Below, in pieces: positions 37,048 through 48,800 of a DNA stretch of 64,000 bases. Positions within the stretch are counted from its first letter, which is position 1. Each line of letters opens with the position of its first letter. The DNA is from Guillardia theta CCMP2712. Lineage: Eukaryota > Protista > Cryptophyta. The stretch is from NCBI RefSeq assembly GCF_000315625.1, contig NW_005434460.1:1-64000 (forward strand), written 5' to 3'. The notes below the pieces were generated by a model. The model saw nothing but the letters and a program-made list of their open reading frames with translations. It made no database searches and was not told where the DNA came from. Made by a program: the position numbers and the translations under genes.

Positions 37048-37459
37048 GCAGACCCAGCAGCAGATCCAGCAGCAGACCCAGCAGCAGACCCAGCAGCAGA
37101 TCCAGCAGCAGTTGCTAGCCCAGTTTCAGCCAAGTTCTGCCCAGTTCCCTCTTGCTCTTGCTCTTGCTCTTGCTCTTGCTCCTGCACTGATCAGTTGATT
37201 CCTGCTGTTCTGCCTGCTTATGCAGACCCTGTTCCTGACCTCTTTTCCGTCCTGCCCTGTGCTCTCATTACCTGTCTCGCTGTCCTCTCCTACAAGGCTG
37301 CCAACTAATCCTGCATGCAGTCCTCTAGCCTCTCAGTGCTCTTGCACTGCCTTCGGGAGTGTCAGGTGGTCTGAAAGATCCTCTCGCTCGTTGTCTAGCT
37401 TCTGCCTTTTCACCTAGCTCCTCTCGCTCGTTGTCTAGCTTCTGCCTCTTCACCTAGCT
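37048..37459. repeat. Repeat cluster: 12-bp (GCAGAYCCAGCA)n, (CTCTTG)n and a 40-bp tandem duplication (37379-37459)
   Basis: Directly visible. The minus strand looks coding-like but has stops in several frames. Confidence 0.8.
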
Positions 37460-37689
37460 TGCTCTAGCGCAGCCTGCGGTACTCCTGCTTTCCTGTCTGC
37501 TCACAGTCCTCCTCATCTGAGCCCTCTTCTTCCTCTTCTTCCTCCTGCAATCACTTTCACCCTCAAGAGCATCAAGCCTGCCGTGCGACTCCCACTCTAC
37601 ACTCCTGTCCTGTTAGCTTCCAGTGCCTCACTCCTGCTTCAGCCTCGTCCTGAGAAACACACGCAATTTCACCAGCTGAGCAAAGCAAC

Positions 37690-39370
37690 ATGAGGGGCTC
37701 GATGAAGCTTTTGCTTCTCAGCGTTGTCCTGGTAGCATGCCCCGTTGAAAGTTGGCTCGGCAGAGGAGAGGCGTCGACCATGTTCGTTCCACACTTCGCG
37801 CTCAAGAGCCCGGGAAGCAAGCGAGTGCGACATTGCTCGCGGTATCCAGGAGTTTCGAATCGTGCAGCTTGCATATGCATGAAGGAGCGGATCCTGATAG
37901 TTGGTGGAACAGGTAAGTGTGCTTGCCCCCTCTTGATCTCATTGGGCACTGAGTGATGGAGGGCAGGAAGGATAGGGACGGCTGTGGCGTCTCACCTCAT
38001 CAAGAGAGCTCAAGGCAGTCAGACAGACATCGTCCTCGCTGGTAGAGACTCGAGGAAAGGAGAGGCTGCGGTGCGTGAGGTAATGGCGGACATTGGCCGG
38101 AGTGAAACTTTTGAACCTTGCGTCTCCTTCCAACGGCTGGACTGGCGCGACGAGATCGAACTGAACAACGTGATGCAACGCGGCTGGACGTCTGTCATCA
38201 ACACGGCTGGTTGTTCTTCCTGATACCTTCGAAATCCTCATGATTTGCCTCTAGGGCCCTTTCTTGGGATCCGCCCGAGCATCCTGCAAGCTGCGATCAA
38301 GCATAAGATCCCCTCCTACGTCGATGTTGCCGATCCCACGAGCTACCTTGCGGACGCTCTTGCGCTAGATGATGCGGCTCGTTCAGCTGGCACCTGCGCG
38401 GTAGTTGCAGGAGGTGCGTTTCCTGGTCTGTCAAACTTGATTGCAATGGAAGCTGTGGAGCAGCTGCAGCTGGAAGAGAGTGGAGGACGAGTGCAGGACC
38501 TGAACTTCGACTACTTCACCGCAGGGCTGGGAGGGAGCGGAGAGGTCAATCTTTTGATCACCAACCTTGGCTTTGGAGAGGAGGTCGAGGTCTTTCAGCA
38601 AGGCGTTCTCAGCCCCATTCTCAGAGCTGGGTTGGACCAGAAGCAGGTAGACTTCTTCTTTGACGAGGAGGACGCGAGCAAGGCCAAGATTGGGACGGTG
38701 AACACTTGGTTGTGGCCCTTCCCCGAGGGGAGGACTGTAGCCGAACAGGTGGAGGTAGCAGGAGGCTCGCGGGTAGCGATGGGAACCGCCCCTGATATAT
38801 GGAATGTTGTGATGAACCTGCTGGTCCGCCTAATCCCCCGATCTTGGTGGAAGCAGGAGAATTTCTCGCAAGCCCTTGCGACCTTCTCGAAGCCCCTCGT
38901 TGCCTTCACGGACATGTTCGTCGGAGAGACTCACGGGATCAGGGTCGAGGTATTTGCATGCATTTCAATCCTTCACTTGTTTTCAGGAGTTACAACTAGA
39001 GAAGCGGAATTTGATTCTAAATGTTTAACAGGCGACGAGCACAAGCGGGAAGACAATCGTCTGCATTCAAGCGCACGAGAGTTTTCGAACGTGTGTGGTA
39101 AGTGAACGTCAGGAGCTGAGGAGTCCAGCTGACACTCAGCAGGGTCAATCATGCGCTGAGTTTCTTCTGCACCTCAACAGGAGGAGGAGGGAGGACCCGC
39201 AGCATCAAGACGGAGTGTGAGAGCTTTCGAGCTTCCGCGTTACCTTGTTGACCGCTCGCAGGTTTCTCCCCGAGCGATTGTGCCAGAGCTCGCAGGAGCG
39301 AAAGAGCTTGCTGAAGGCGATGACGTCGACGCCGGGAACTTTGACGTACCGTTACAAACAGACGGCCTGA
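37690..39370 (+). CDS. Saccharopine dehydrogenase-like NAD(P)-binding oxidoreductase with signal/transit presequence; multi-exon
   Basis: Rossmann motif ILIVGGTG-RIG, VINTAGPF, YVDVAD, GAFPGLSN, YFTAGLGGSG. Stop at 39368-39370. Confidence 0.8.
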
Positions 39371-39375
39371 CCTCC

Positions 39376-41100
39376 CTAGCCTGCCTGCCTGCTCGCGCAC
39401 GTGGGGAACGCGAGGCCCTGCAGCTCCACGTCATCGCCATGAGCAGCCGCACAGTCCGGTAGCCAGTGAGCGAATTTCTCGGAGTTGGCGAGGACGTAGC
39501 GAGGAAGACCATAGCAGGATGGATTGAGGTTGAGACCCCCGTGCCTCTCGTCCTTCTTCCTGTTCCCCATCCTGTCAGAGTTGAAGTAGTCAAGGCCGCT
39601 GTTGATCGCCTCCTCGATCCTCTCAGCGTCGAGCCACTCGGCCGTGTTGAGCTCCTGGTGCGTAAAGGCCTTCACTTTCTCCATCACTCCGCTCACATTC
39701 GAGAAGAAGCTGCAGTGCCATGCACCGCTCTCGATCGCCGTGTGCTCCCTCCCCATCCTCCCCATCCTCACCTGCTGCAGACTCACCCCCTTTCCGTCCC
39801 CGAAGTCCACTTGTGCAGCCCGAACGACCTGAGGATGCTTCCACTGGCCCTGGAACTCCCACTGGAACTTGAAGTTGAAGAAGCGCGAGTACAGCCATGC
39901 AGGGCTGGAGGGCCCGTCGCATCTCCTCAGGAGGTCGAGCACGTAGGGGACGGGGATCTCGTCGACATCGGCGATGACGATCAGGTCGGTAGGATGGATG
40001 CCGTGCATCCCTCGCGTCATGGCGTTCCTCTGGAAGTTCTCCAGCACCCATGGGTCCTTGTCGTTGGGAAGGTCGTCAACGATGACGTGGCGAATCTTGT
40101 GGAGGAACTGGCGGTACCTGTGCTTGTTCTCCTGGAAGAAGAGTTTCTTGGGCATGTTCGAGTGAGTCCTTGTGGCCTCAACAAGCACAAACATGTGCAC
40201 AACATCGTTCAGCTCGTTGAGCCGCACCTCCAGCATGTCTAGCTCGTTGAAGAGCTGGAAGGCATCCCATATTCTGCGGGTTCGCTGTCTCTCACGCCAT
40301 CCGACGTCCTCGCAGCTGTCGCTAGGGTCCAGCTGCTTCCATTCCACCTGCTCGTTGACAAGGAGCCACCCATCGACGACCTCCGCACGGGCAAGTTCCT
40401 CCTGGCTGAGGAAGGGGTTGTACTTCTCTACATCCTCAAGCTCCCAACTCTCAGGATCTCCGTACTCTCCTCCTCCGCTCTCAAGCCTGACCATCAACCT
40501 GGGTCCTTCTGCTGTCACCTGTCCCTCCTCATCAACGACATCCAGTGTGAGCAAGTGCTCCTCCTGCGACAACTCGGGGATTTGCACCATGAAGACCATG
40601 TTCCCGTCATGTTCATGAGCAAAGTAATCCACCAGCAGACCGTCGACGCCCAGCACTGATCGGCATGGCTCCCTCGCTCCAAACTCTATGATGAGCGACC
40701 CAGAGATGGCAGAAGCATTGGCGGGAGAGATCCAGAAGAGAGGAGAGGACAAGGGTTGTGCCGCGATTTCATGCTGTCCGCTGCAAGGACAGATGCGCAG
40801 CAAGAGCACGGCAACGATTGAGATCAAAGACGAGAAGGATAAGTCGAAGAGAAATGAGAGAAAGGAGGAGGAGCGGTAGGAGGAGCGGGAGCGGGAGGGG
40901 GAGGGGGAGCGGGAGGGGGAGCGGGAGGGGGAGCGGGAGGGAGAGGAGCGAAAGCGAGAGAAGGTGAAGTGCGAGGAGCAGGAGTGTGATGAGGGTAAGT
41001 GGAAGGACAGGGAGGAGGAGAGGTGGCGAGAGGGAGGGGGGCGGGAGGAGGAGGGGGGAGGCGAGGAAGAAGCAGGCGCCGTAACGACTTCAGACGCCAT
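39376..41100 (-). CDS. GT17-family beta-1,4-N-acetylglucosaminyltransferase (MGAT3/GnT-III-like)
   Basis: RRIWDAFQLFNELDMLEVRLNEL..FVLVEATRTHS, ENFQRN, DLIVIADVDEIP, GAWHCSFF. Confidence 0.88.
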   Translation of the reverse strand: MASEVVTAPASSSPPPSSSRPPPSRHLSSSLSFHLPSSHSCSSHFTFSRFRSSPSRSPSRSPSRSPSPSRSRSSYRSSSFLSFLFDLSFSSLISIVAVLLLRICPCSGQHEIAAQPLSSPLFWISPANASAISGSLIIEFGAREPCRSVLGVDGLLVDYFAHEHDGNMVFMVQIPELSQEEHLLTLDVVDEEGQVTAEGPRLMVRLESGGGEYGDPESWELEDVEKYNPFLSQEELARAEVVDGWLLVNEQVEWKQLDPSDSCEDVGWRERQRTRRIWDAFQLFNELDMLEVRLNELNDVVHMFVLVEATRTHSNMPKKLFFQENKHRYRQFLHKIRHVIVDDLPNDKDPWVLENFQRNAMTRGMHGIHPTDLIVIADVDEIPVPYVLDLLRRCDGPSSPAWLYSRFFNFKFQWEFQGQWKHPQVVRAAQVDFGDGKGVSLQQVRMGRMGREHTAIESGAWHCSFFSNVSGVMEKVKAFTHQELNTAEWLDAERIEEAINSGLDYFNSDRMGNRKKDERHGGLNLNPSCYGLPRYVLANSEKFAHWLPDCAAAHGDDVELQGLAFPTCASRQAG

Positions 41101-41263
41101 GCTGCCTCATACAGCCCGCCTCAGTCGCCCGTCTTATCTACACCGGTTGATGACACCCCCGGCCTTTTCGATCCTAATTGGTACTGGGGTACCAATGGTC
41201 CCCTGCCCCTTCCACAATTCTTCTTCCTTGCCTTCCCCCCCCCCTCCCCCCCCTCCCTACCTT

Positions 41264-41363
41264 NNNNNNNNNNNNNNNNNNNNNNNNNNNNNNNNNNNNN
41301 NNNNNNNNNNNNNNNNNNNNNNNNNNNNNNNNNNNNNNNNNNNNNNNNNNNNNNNNNNNNNNN
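41264..41363. other. Assembly gap (100 N) in a C-rich tract
   Basis: N run. Confidence 0.99.
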
Positions 41364-41591
41364 GCCCTCCCCTCCGCCTCCCTCCCTCCTTCCCGCCTCC
41401 TTCCCGCCTCCCTGCCTCCCTGCCTCCCTGCCTCCCTGCCTCCCTGCCTCCCTCCTCCTCCTTGCCTCCCTGCCTCCCCCTTCTCCTTGCCTCCTCCTCC
41501 TCCTTCTCCTCCCTCCTTCCTCATCCTCTGACAAGCCTGCATATTGCCCTCCTCCTCCCTCAAGTCGTGCTCATGGAGTATATCTGATAGT

Positions 41592-43520
41592 TCACGTCCT
41601 CATGCGGTATATTACTTTGTTCTTACCCTCGAATGGCAGCGTTTCCACTCGAATGTCCTCCGCCATGCTCGAGAGAAACTCCACGAGGCTTTCGTAGTCG
41701 CGGACCTGACGGCCATCGCCGAGCCTGCGCGACCGAAACTGAGAGCTTGAGGTTCAGTGCACGGGTGAGAAGCAGTTAGACGCAGACCTGCGGTTGGTTG
41801 GAATACAAACAGCACGGGATGCAAGCAAAGGGTTTGTTGTTTGCTAGTGCAAACTCAATGATGGCCTGACATGTCTGTCTCACGTGGTAACAGAAAATAT
41901 CTGATCGCACCTGTGCAGCCTGATCGGGATGCATGCCGACGACAACAGAGGAGTTCAACACCTTCAACATGTCAGATAGCGTTTCACTCCACGACATGCC
42001 ATACAATCTCTCGAGCTGTCGCCAACTCTGTGATTTCGCTTTCACTGTACTCGTTCTCCATGCTCGCTTCCATCTCTGAAGCATCGAGCTCCTCCTCTTC
42101 CTCCTCCTGTTCGTCTTCGTGAAGGCCCTTTCGTGTCCACTTCAAGGACAAAGATCGGTCTCGAGCTGCTCGGAACGCGTCTTCGCTCCGGAGGGCGCAA
42201 GGGCACGCGGCCACCTCCCGTACTTTGCCCCCCTCCCCGGCTCCAAGCGTGTCCCGTTCCCCTCGGTTATCCCCCCAGGTCTCGAAGTGGATCCGGAGGT
42301 GCGCAGGGACGCGGAAGGGATCGAGTTGCCCGACGCCCCTGTTGTATCGATTGTGCACACTGAGACACGTTGATCAGCGACTGCACGACGAGACCTGAAG
42401 TTTGCCTGTTGCGATGATACAAGCCCATGCGGAGACGCTTGACGAAGAGATGCAGTTGGAGAGGTCGAGGATCGACCACAGTCGAAGGGATGCTTGACAG
42501 GTTCAGCAGCTCAAACGACAGCTCTCCCTTTCCTCCTGCGAAACTTGAGCGGTTTCAAGACTCTCTTCCACTTACCTGCCACGTCCAGGACTCCAGACCC
42601 TGATGTCAACGTGTCCAGTCCGAACTTGTCTTCTAGCCATCTCCTGAACACTCCAACTCGAAATTCGTTCTTGACCTTCACAGTGATCACAACGCCAGAC
42701 AACATAGTCAAGCCCTCCAACATCAAAAACATTGCATCTCACCTTCTTTCTGCTCAAGTGAGCGAAAGAAAGTTTTACGGATTCAAACCCTGCTCTCAGT
42801 GTGGTGACTTTCACACCGGAGCACATTCACATCGGAGAGGCCACCTTCAACTCGGCCTTGACTGAAAGCCTCCATTGCATCTTGTGCATCGGCATAGTTG
42901 AAAAACTTCACCACACACCATTTCTTCTCAGAATTCTTCATCTCTTTGAACTGATAAGTGTCATGTTGCTTCATAACATGCAGATGAGTTTGACCTCGAC
43001 GTCTTGAGCGATTTCTCCGTACTTTCCTAGAGCATTCACCAGTTCATCTTTGTCCGCGTTTGATGGTATATTCCGTGCATGCAGAACAACTGGTTTCCCC
43101 TGTTCCGATATTGTCTGCCAAGACCTGCGCTCCTCAAAAGAATGTGCTCCCTGGTTCTTTTCAGTCGAGGGAGGGTGGGAAAACAAGCATTCACTGAAAT
43201 CCAGTGATCAATATCAGGGGATGGTGCAAGTGACTTCACCTGCCGAAGATACAGACTCCACGTTGAAGCCAATGTTTGCAGACAGGAATCCGGACGCCTT
43301 GCAAGCTTGAGGCGTCTGAGCCGCATGCCCTATGAATCCAGAACATGCTTTTCCGCCGCGCGGGAATCTTTTCCTGCTCTTGTCTTTCCTTCAGAGGACC
43401 ATGCCCGAGGGCATCAAGCGGCATTCTCTGATCTGCAGTCTGTTCGAGGGGGATGATAATCTCTCCAGCATGGATCGCTCCCCCGCACAGCGCGCAGGTC
43501 CCTCCCTTCCTCGCCTCCAT
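41592..43520 (-). CDS. Zn-finger (CxxC..HxxC; CCCH) + RRM + SAM-methyltransferase-like protein; multi-exon
   Basis: CALCGG..WIHRAC; CKHWLQRGVCIFG..C.FSHP; LHARNIP..KWCVVKF; GVLDVAG; VVGMHPDQA..NKPFACIPCC; LPFEGKNKVIY. Confidence 0.75.
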
Positions 43521-43594
43521 TTTCTTGTAACCTGAGGGCGGCCGGGGCCCGCCCCTCCCCCTCCCGGAGCCTGCACGGTCCCGTCACTGAGAGT

Positions 43595-43611
43595 CTTTAC
43601 TCAAAGTTAAG
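43595..43611 (+). promoter_or_regulatory. Conserved intergenic motif, copy 4 (CTTTACTCAAAGTTAAG)
   Basis: Exact 17-mer about 75 bp upstream of the start codon at 43520. Confidence 0.6.
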
Positions 43612-44135
43612 TCACTGAGTAGTTCGGTGACCGGGGTGGCAGTGACCGTACTGGGCCATGAGGTTGGTCGATGCGACTCTCAAGCAAACTTTCCATGGAA
43701 TCATTGTCGGCGGCGTGAGTGAGAGTTCAGCTTTACATTTCAGTTTATTCATTTCAACTTGTTTACGGTGCGCGTCTTTGCCAAGCCGCGCTTCTATTTC
43801 CCTAGAAGAAAGTTGTAGTTTTCGCTGAGGGTGGGGCCGTAAGCAAAAGAAAAAAGCAAGATGATCAATTCCACCTGCCCATGAAGCGAGGAACATAGTA
43901 AGGCTTGCCCACGCGATCACAACTGTTGCGAGAGAAACTGAAAGGACCGACCAGAGGTGTGCACTTGCCCAACTGGTTGGCGGCGGAAAGTTCAGCTATC
44001 CTAGCACGTCGCAGCAATCACCAAACCTCAGCGTTCATTATCCTCTGTTTCCTTTTCCGTCTCTCTTCGAGATCGACAGAATGCAATCTGTCAAATGTCC
44101 AAACCTTGAGCAGAGGCTTTGATCACAATATCCTC

Positions 44136-45125
44136 TCACCCCTCTTTGGTTGCTCGATTCCACGACATCTCGTTGTAACCTGTGCGTTGATCACAAGCAG
44201 CAGCATGCCAGCAGGCACACCGAGGGTCTTTGCTGCTCGCTTCTGCTTGTCGTTGAGATGCTTCCAGGTAGCATCATCCAGTTTGACATGACTCTCATCA
44301 TTCCATAATCTGCGTCAATCGCAAAGTGATGAACGAGGAAGGGCACAAGGAAAGGACGTCCTACTTCTGATTGTATCCAAGTGTTTTTGCAGCGTCTTTC
44401 TGCCCGTCGCTCAAATCTTTCTGGTTGAAAATTCAACCATGGAAAGGTGCACAAAGCAAGTGTCACCCATCGCTTATCGAAGATGTGACGGCTCTCATCC
44501 CATTCTTTTCCTGTGTACCCCAGAGTTTCTTGGAAAATGGTCAGATGGTCAAAGTATGTTTATCATCTGAAAACCTGCAGCAGTCTTCTGTTTGCTACTC
44601 AGATGTTTCCAGTCCTTGTCATCGCTCCAAACGTGATCATCATTGTTCCACATATCCTTCTTGTACCTGCATGAAGAGTGAGAATTGAGTTTGAAGCTCA
44701 CCACGTCCATACCCTAAAACTTTTGCTGCAGCTTTCTGCTCTTCAGTCAATTCATTCCATCCCCGTTCATAGATGTCAACGAAAATGTCTTCATCCCACA
44801 CCTCCTTGTTAAATTTCAAGGTTTTCGCTGCTTGCCTTTGTGTCTGGAGATTACTCAGCTTGAATAGAAAATAAACAAATCAAGAAACCTCGGACAACTC
44901 CCTCCATGTCAATCGATCGACTTTAACAATTCCATCAGAGTTCCAGCTATTTAGATCATACCCCAACTTCTTGGCAGCCTCCTGTTCTGTTGTTGTCAAT
45001 TCTTCCCACTGCGGATGGCGTCCATCTTGATCGACGATGCCTCTGGCATGCCCTGGCCAGCCTCCTACAGGATGAGCGAAGGAGACTATCGGAGTTTGAA
45101 GGAGGAGGAGAAGAGAAACCATCAT
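44136..45125 (-). CDS. Secreted protein of six ~34-aa W-x-x-L-x3-Q-x2-AA-x2-LG-Y-x4-W repeats; multi-exon
   Basis: Signal peptide MMVSLLLLLQTPIVSFA. Repeats reassemble in frame across short GT-AG introns and end GYNEMSWNRATKEG-stop. Confidence 0.8.
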
Positions 45126-45390
45126 CACTTTCCAGCCTACCGTAATGCTGTTCCTTTCCACGTCAACTAGCTTTCCGTGCATACAACGGTTCAATGGCAG
45201 CGACGGTCTTGATGAGGGGTAAGAGGGGCAGTGGACGTGAAAGAAAGCTGGAGGGCACGGGGAGGAGGAGGAAGGAACAAGCATGGCCTCGGATCTCTTT
45301 CAGCTTCATGCCATGACTTCTAGCGCCCCTGCTTTTGTCTTGCCTTGGGACGCATCACGACAAGGAAGTTAACTAAAAATGTATGAGGCC

Positions 45391-45442
45391 GTGAGTATCC
45401 GTGAGTATCCGTGGGTATCCGTGAGTATCCGTGAGTATCCGT
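45391..45442. repeat. (GTGAGTATCC)n 10-bp tandem repeat
   Basis: Five copies, one with a substitution. Confidence 0.92.
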
Positions 45443-45861
45443 CGATGTGGCACGGGATGCGAGGAAGAGGAGGGAGAGGAGCTGGGGAGAGCTGGGGAGA
45501 GGGAGCGAGCGAAGGGGAGGGAGCGAGCGAAGGGGAGGGAGCGAACGAGAGACGGACAGAGGAAATGGAGAAAAATCGAGTTGATGGGGGGTAGGAAGAG
45601 ACAAGGAAGAAGAAATCGAGAGAAGAAGAAATCGAGATGATAGGGGTTGAGGGGCAAGGCGAGGGGATGTTCGAGACGGAGAAGTCGTGAATGTTGAGTG
45701 ATTGTTCCAAGAGAGTGAAACATTTGGAAGCTTGCTTGATCAGTGAGAGAACATCTCAATATATGCCAAAGCTTGATTCAGATTGGACCAGAGATGTCAA
45801 AAGCTGTTCGAATGTCGGGGTTTGACAGAACTGTCCATGAAGTCATACATGTGAGCAAGGA

Positions 45862-48800
45862 ATGGAGGAGCTTGGAATGCGGAAGACTGTGACTTTGATT
45901 AGCTTCATTGCTTTCATCTGCACTTGTAAAGTGAAACCGTCTGACCTCATGAAATCAGAATCTCAGCTGGAGCCGAGCGACACAGCTGTCGTAATGAGTC
46001 AAGTCAGCATGCAACGACTGTACGACCCGATGATAGTTCCTATCGATGGCTTCCTGACATGAAACTCCAGGTTGCTTGCCATGTTCTTTACATCTGCTAC
46101 GGTTGTCGCACAGCACTCCAAGCCGATTCCCGACAACTCTCATCTCACACCTAACAAGTTCAAGCAGCGAGACATTCAAGGTCCTGTCTCAGTTTCTTTC
46201 ACCCTCCCCCATTTCACATCCTCTGCTCTGCTCTGCTCTGCTCTGCTCTGCTCTGCTCTGCTCTGCTCTACTGGGGAATGAACCCCTTCTGACCTCACTT
46301 CAGGCATCGAGAACTTCATCTTCGGAATGGACGCGTCCAACTTCGCCCCGAACTCGTCGTGCCCGCAGACGATCATCCAGCAGTGGGCGATGGAGATCGA
46401 GTCTAGCTCCTACGTCACTCCCACCATCTTCGACGTTGCCAGTGACGGAGTGAAGGACATTGTCATTCCCACCTTCGTCCGTCACATTGAAGTCATCAAC
46501 GGCCCGCACGGCCATCGGTCCCCAGGCTTCCCCTTCACCTTCCCCAACAGCGCCTTCTACGCCTCTGCGCTGATCTACGACATCAACAAGGACGGGGAGC
46601 CGGACATTGGGGTAACGACCTTCAACGGCGAGCTCATCTGGCTGACTGAGAACGGCATCCCCATCTTCGGCTGGAGCATCAAGATACCTCACCTCAGGAT
46701 CAAGAAGAAGTGGTATGAGGGGCTCAAACCTGACCCGCAGGACATGGAGCACAACGGCTTAACGCAGTTCGAGAGGGAAGCTATGAACCAGCACGTAGGG
46801 GACCCCTTCGCCCCCGGCAAGCTCCCTCGACACTATCAGGACATGTTCGACACCCGGGACGCGGGATGGGGTGACTATGGCCCACACTTCCTCGCGAATG
46901 AGTTTGTGAAGAAGGCGGACAAGAACGGAGATGGAGTGCTGAGCAAGGCTGAGTTCGTGAAGCACGCGATGTCTGAGCACCCCAACTTCCAGCGATCGGA
47001 CGCAGAAACCTTGTACGACATTGCAGACAAGGACCAGGATGACCAACTAGCAGTGAAAGAATTGACCATGTACATGGACGAGTTTGACCGCAACGAGGCT
47101 GAAGACATCTTCTATCAGACCGACAAGGATTTTAACGGCACTGTTACGCGCGAGGAGTTCTCTGAGCACGTGAAGAAGAACAAGCCTGATGTTGAAGAGG
47201 CAGAGCTGAACGAGAGGTACGAGGCCATCGATGAGAACAAGGACGGGAACCTTGACATGACGGAGATCAAGAGCCAATGGAGTCATTTCGACAAGGAGCT
47301 CGCGCATGTCAAGAAGCTCAAGAGCAAGAAGACCAAGGAGATGAACAGAGCGAGCATTCTTGACAAGGCCAAAGGCGCGTTGATGAAGGCCAAGGGGCTT
47401 GACAACTCTACTTCTGTAAGTGCGATGCGGACACTTGTACCCCTGCTGTTGCTCCATCTCAACATTTCTTGCTTCCTGTCCTCTTGATTCACAACACCAT
47501 CTGTCCCCTTCAATCTCGTCTTCTGATACAATTCTCCAGTTGCTTGACAACGGCAAGCTGAGTGAAATCCTGGGAAAGATCAAGAAGTCAGGAGTGCGGA
47601 CGTTGGGAGACCTGAAGCGACTGGACGAGCATCGTTTCAATGAGCTTCCGCTGACCGCAGCAGAGAAGACTGAGCTCCGAGACTTCATGAGCAAGAGGAA
47701 GATAAAGTTGCTGAGCACCTCCCGACGTCTCCTGCAAGAGGAGGAGGCGCACAGCGACGAGGATCCGTCGGACGACACCATGCTGTCCATGGACGACATC
47801 GAGGTCCCCGAGCACGCGGAGGACATGATCGACGGCACAGAGCTGCCTCCTCAGGAGGAGATACCCGGGGAGATTGAGAGCGAGCCGGCTGAGGTCATGC
47901 CCAAGGATGGGGAGGAGCTGGTGGACGGAGAGCACTACCCGGATTATCCCGACTACCACGACCACGGCTATGGGCGCGAGCACATGGGGGAGGACTACGA
48001 CTATTATGAGAACTACTACAACTACCGGAACATGGGCAATGACCACTCCAAGGAGACCGAAGAGGAGATGACCAGCCGCATCGCACGGGAGAAGCGCGAC
48101 AAGCGAGTGCAGGCATGGCGAGATGAACCCCTCAGCGCCCCAAAGGACTCGCAGTGGAACTACATCAAGGGCTTCTTCTCTCCCGATGAGCAGGAGAACA
48201 ACCAGGTGCCTGTCTGTAGGGCCTCCTTCTCCTGCTCCTGCTCCTGCCCCCTGCTCCTGCTCCTGCTCCTGCTCCTGCTTCATGCCCATACTCATCCTTT
48301 CCTCCTGCTGCTTCTGTCTGCTATATTTGATTATTTTTATGCTGTCGTGTGCGCCTGCATTTTGACATGTGTTGGGGCAGGCTGTTTCAACTTGGGGAGG
48401 AAGGGACATGAAGCAGATGATCTTGGGCCACGATGAAATCTTCACAAGGACCTTGGCAGTCGATCGGCACATCTTCAATGGCGCTCTGCGATCCAACAGG
48501 TCTGCAGCCATCCCCGGCGACCGTCCCAAGGAGGAAGGCTACGTCTTTGTTGACGCGCACGTGCTGTGCACGCCCATCATCGCCGACCTTGACAGGGACG
48601 GGCACGACGAGATCATCTTCGCCGTCTCCTACTACTTTGACAAGGAGCAGTACAGTGATCCCTCGGCCTACGAGGACCTGGACGTGGACGTCAACACCAA
48701 GAAGTACGTGGCTGGCGGGGTGGTGGTCTACGATGCTTTGACCAGGAAGTTGAAATGGAACATTCACCTTGACCTGACCACCGACGAGACTGCCTACCGC

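Noticed and set aside
36897-37600. Minus-strand gene with AAGS repeats
   Set aside because: Stops in several frames upstream and a frame-breaking 40-bp duplication. I could not build a credible model; it may be a decayed gene.
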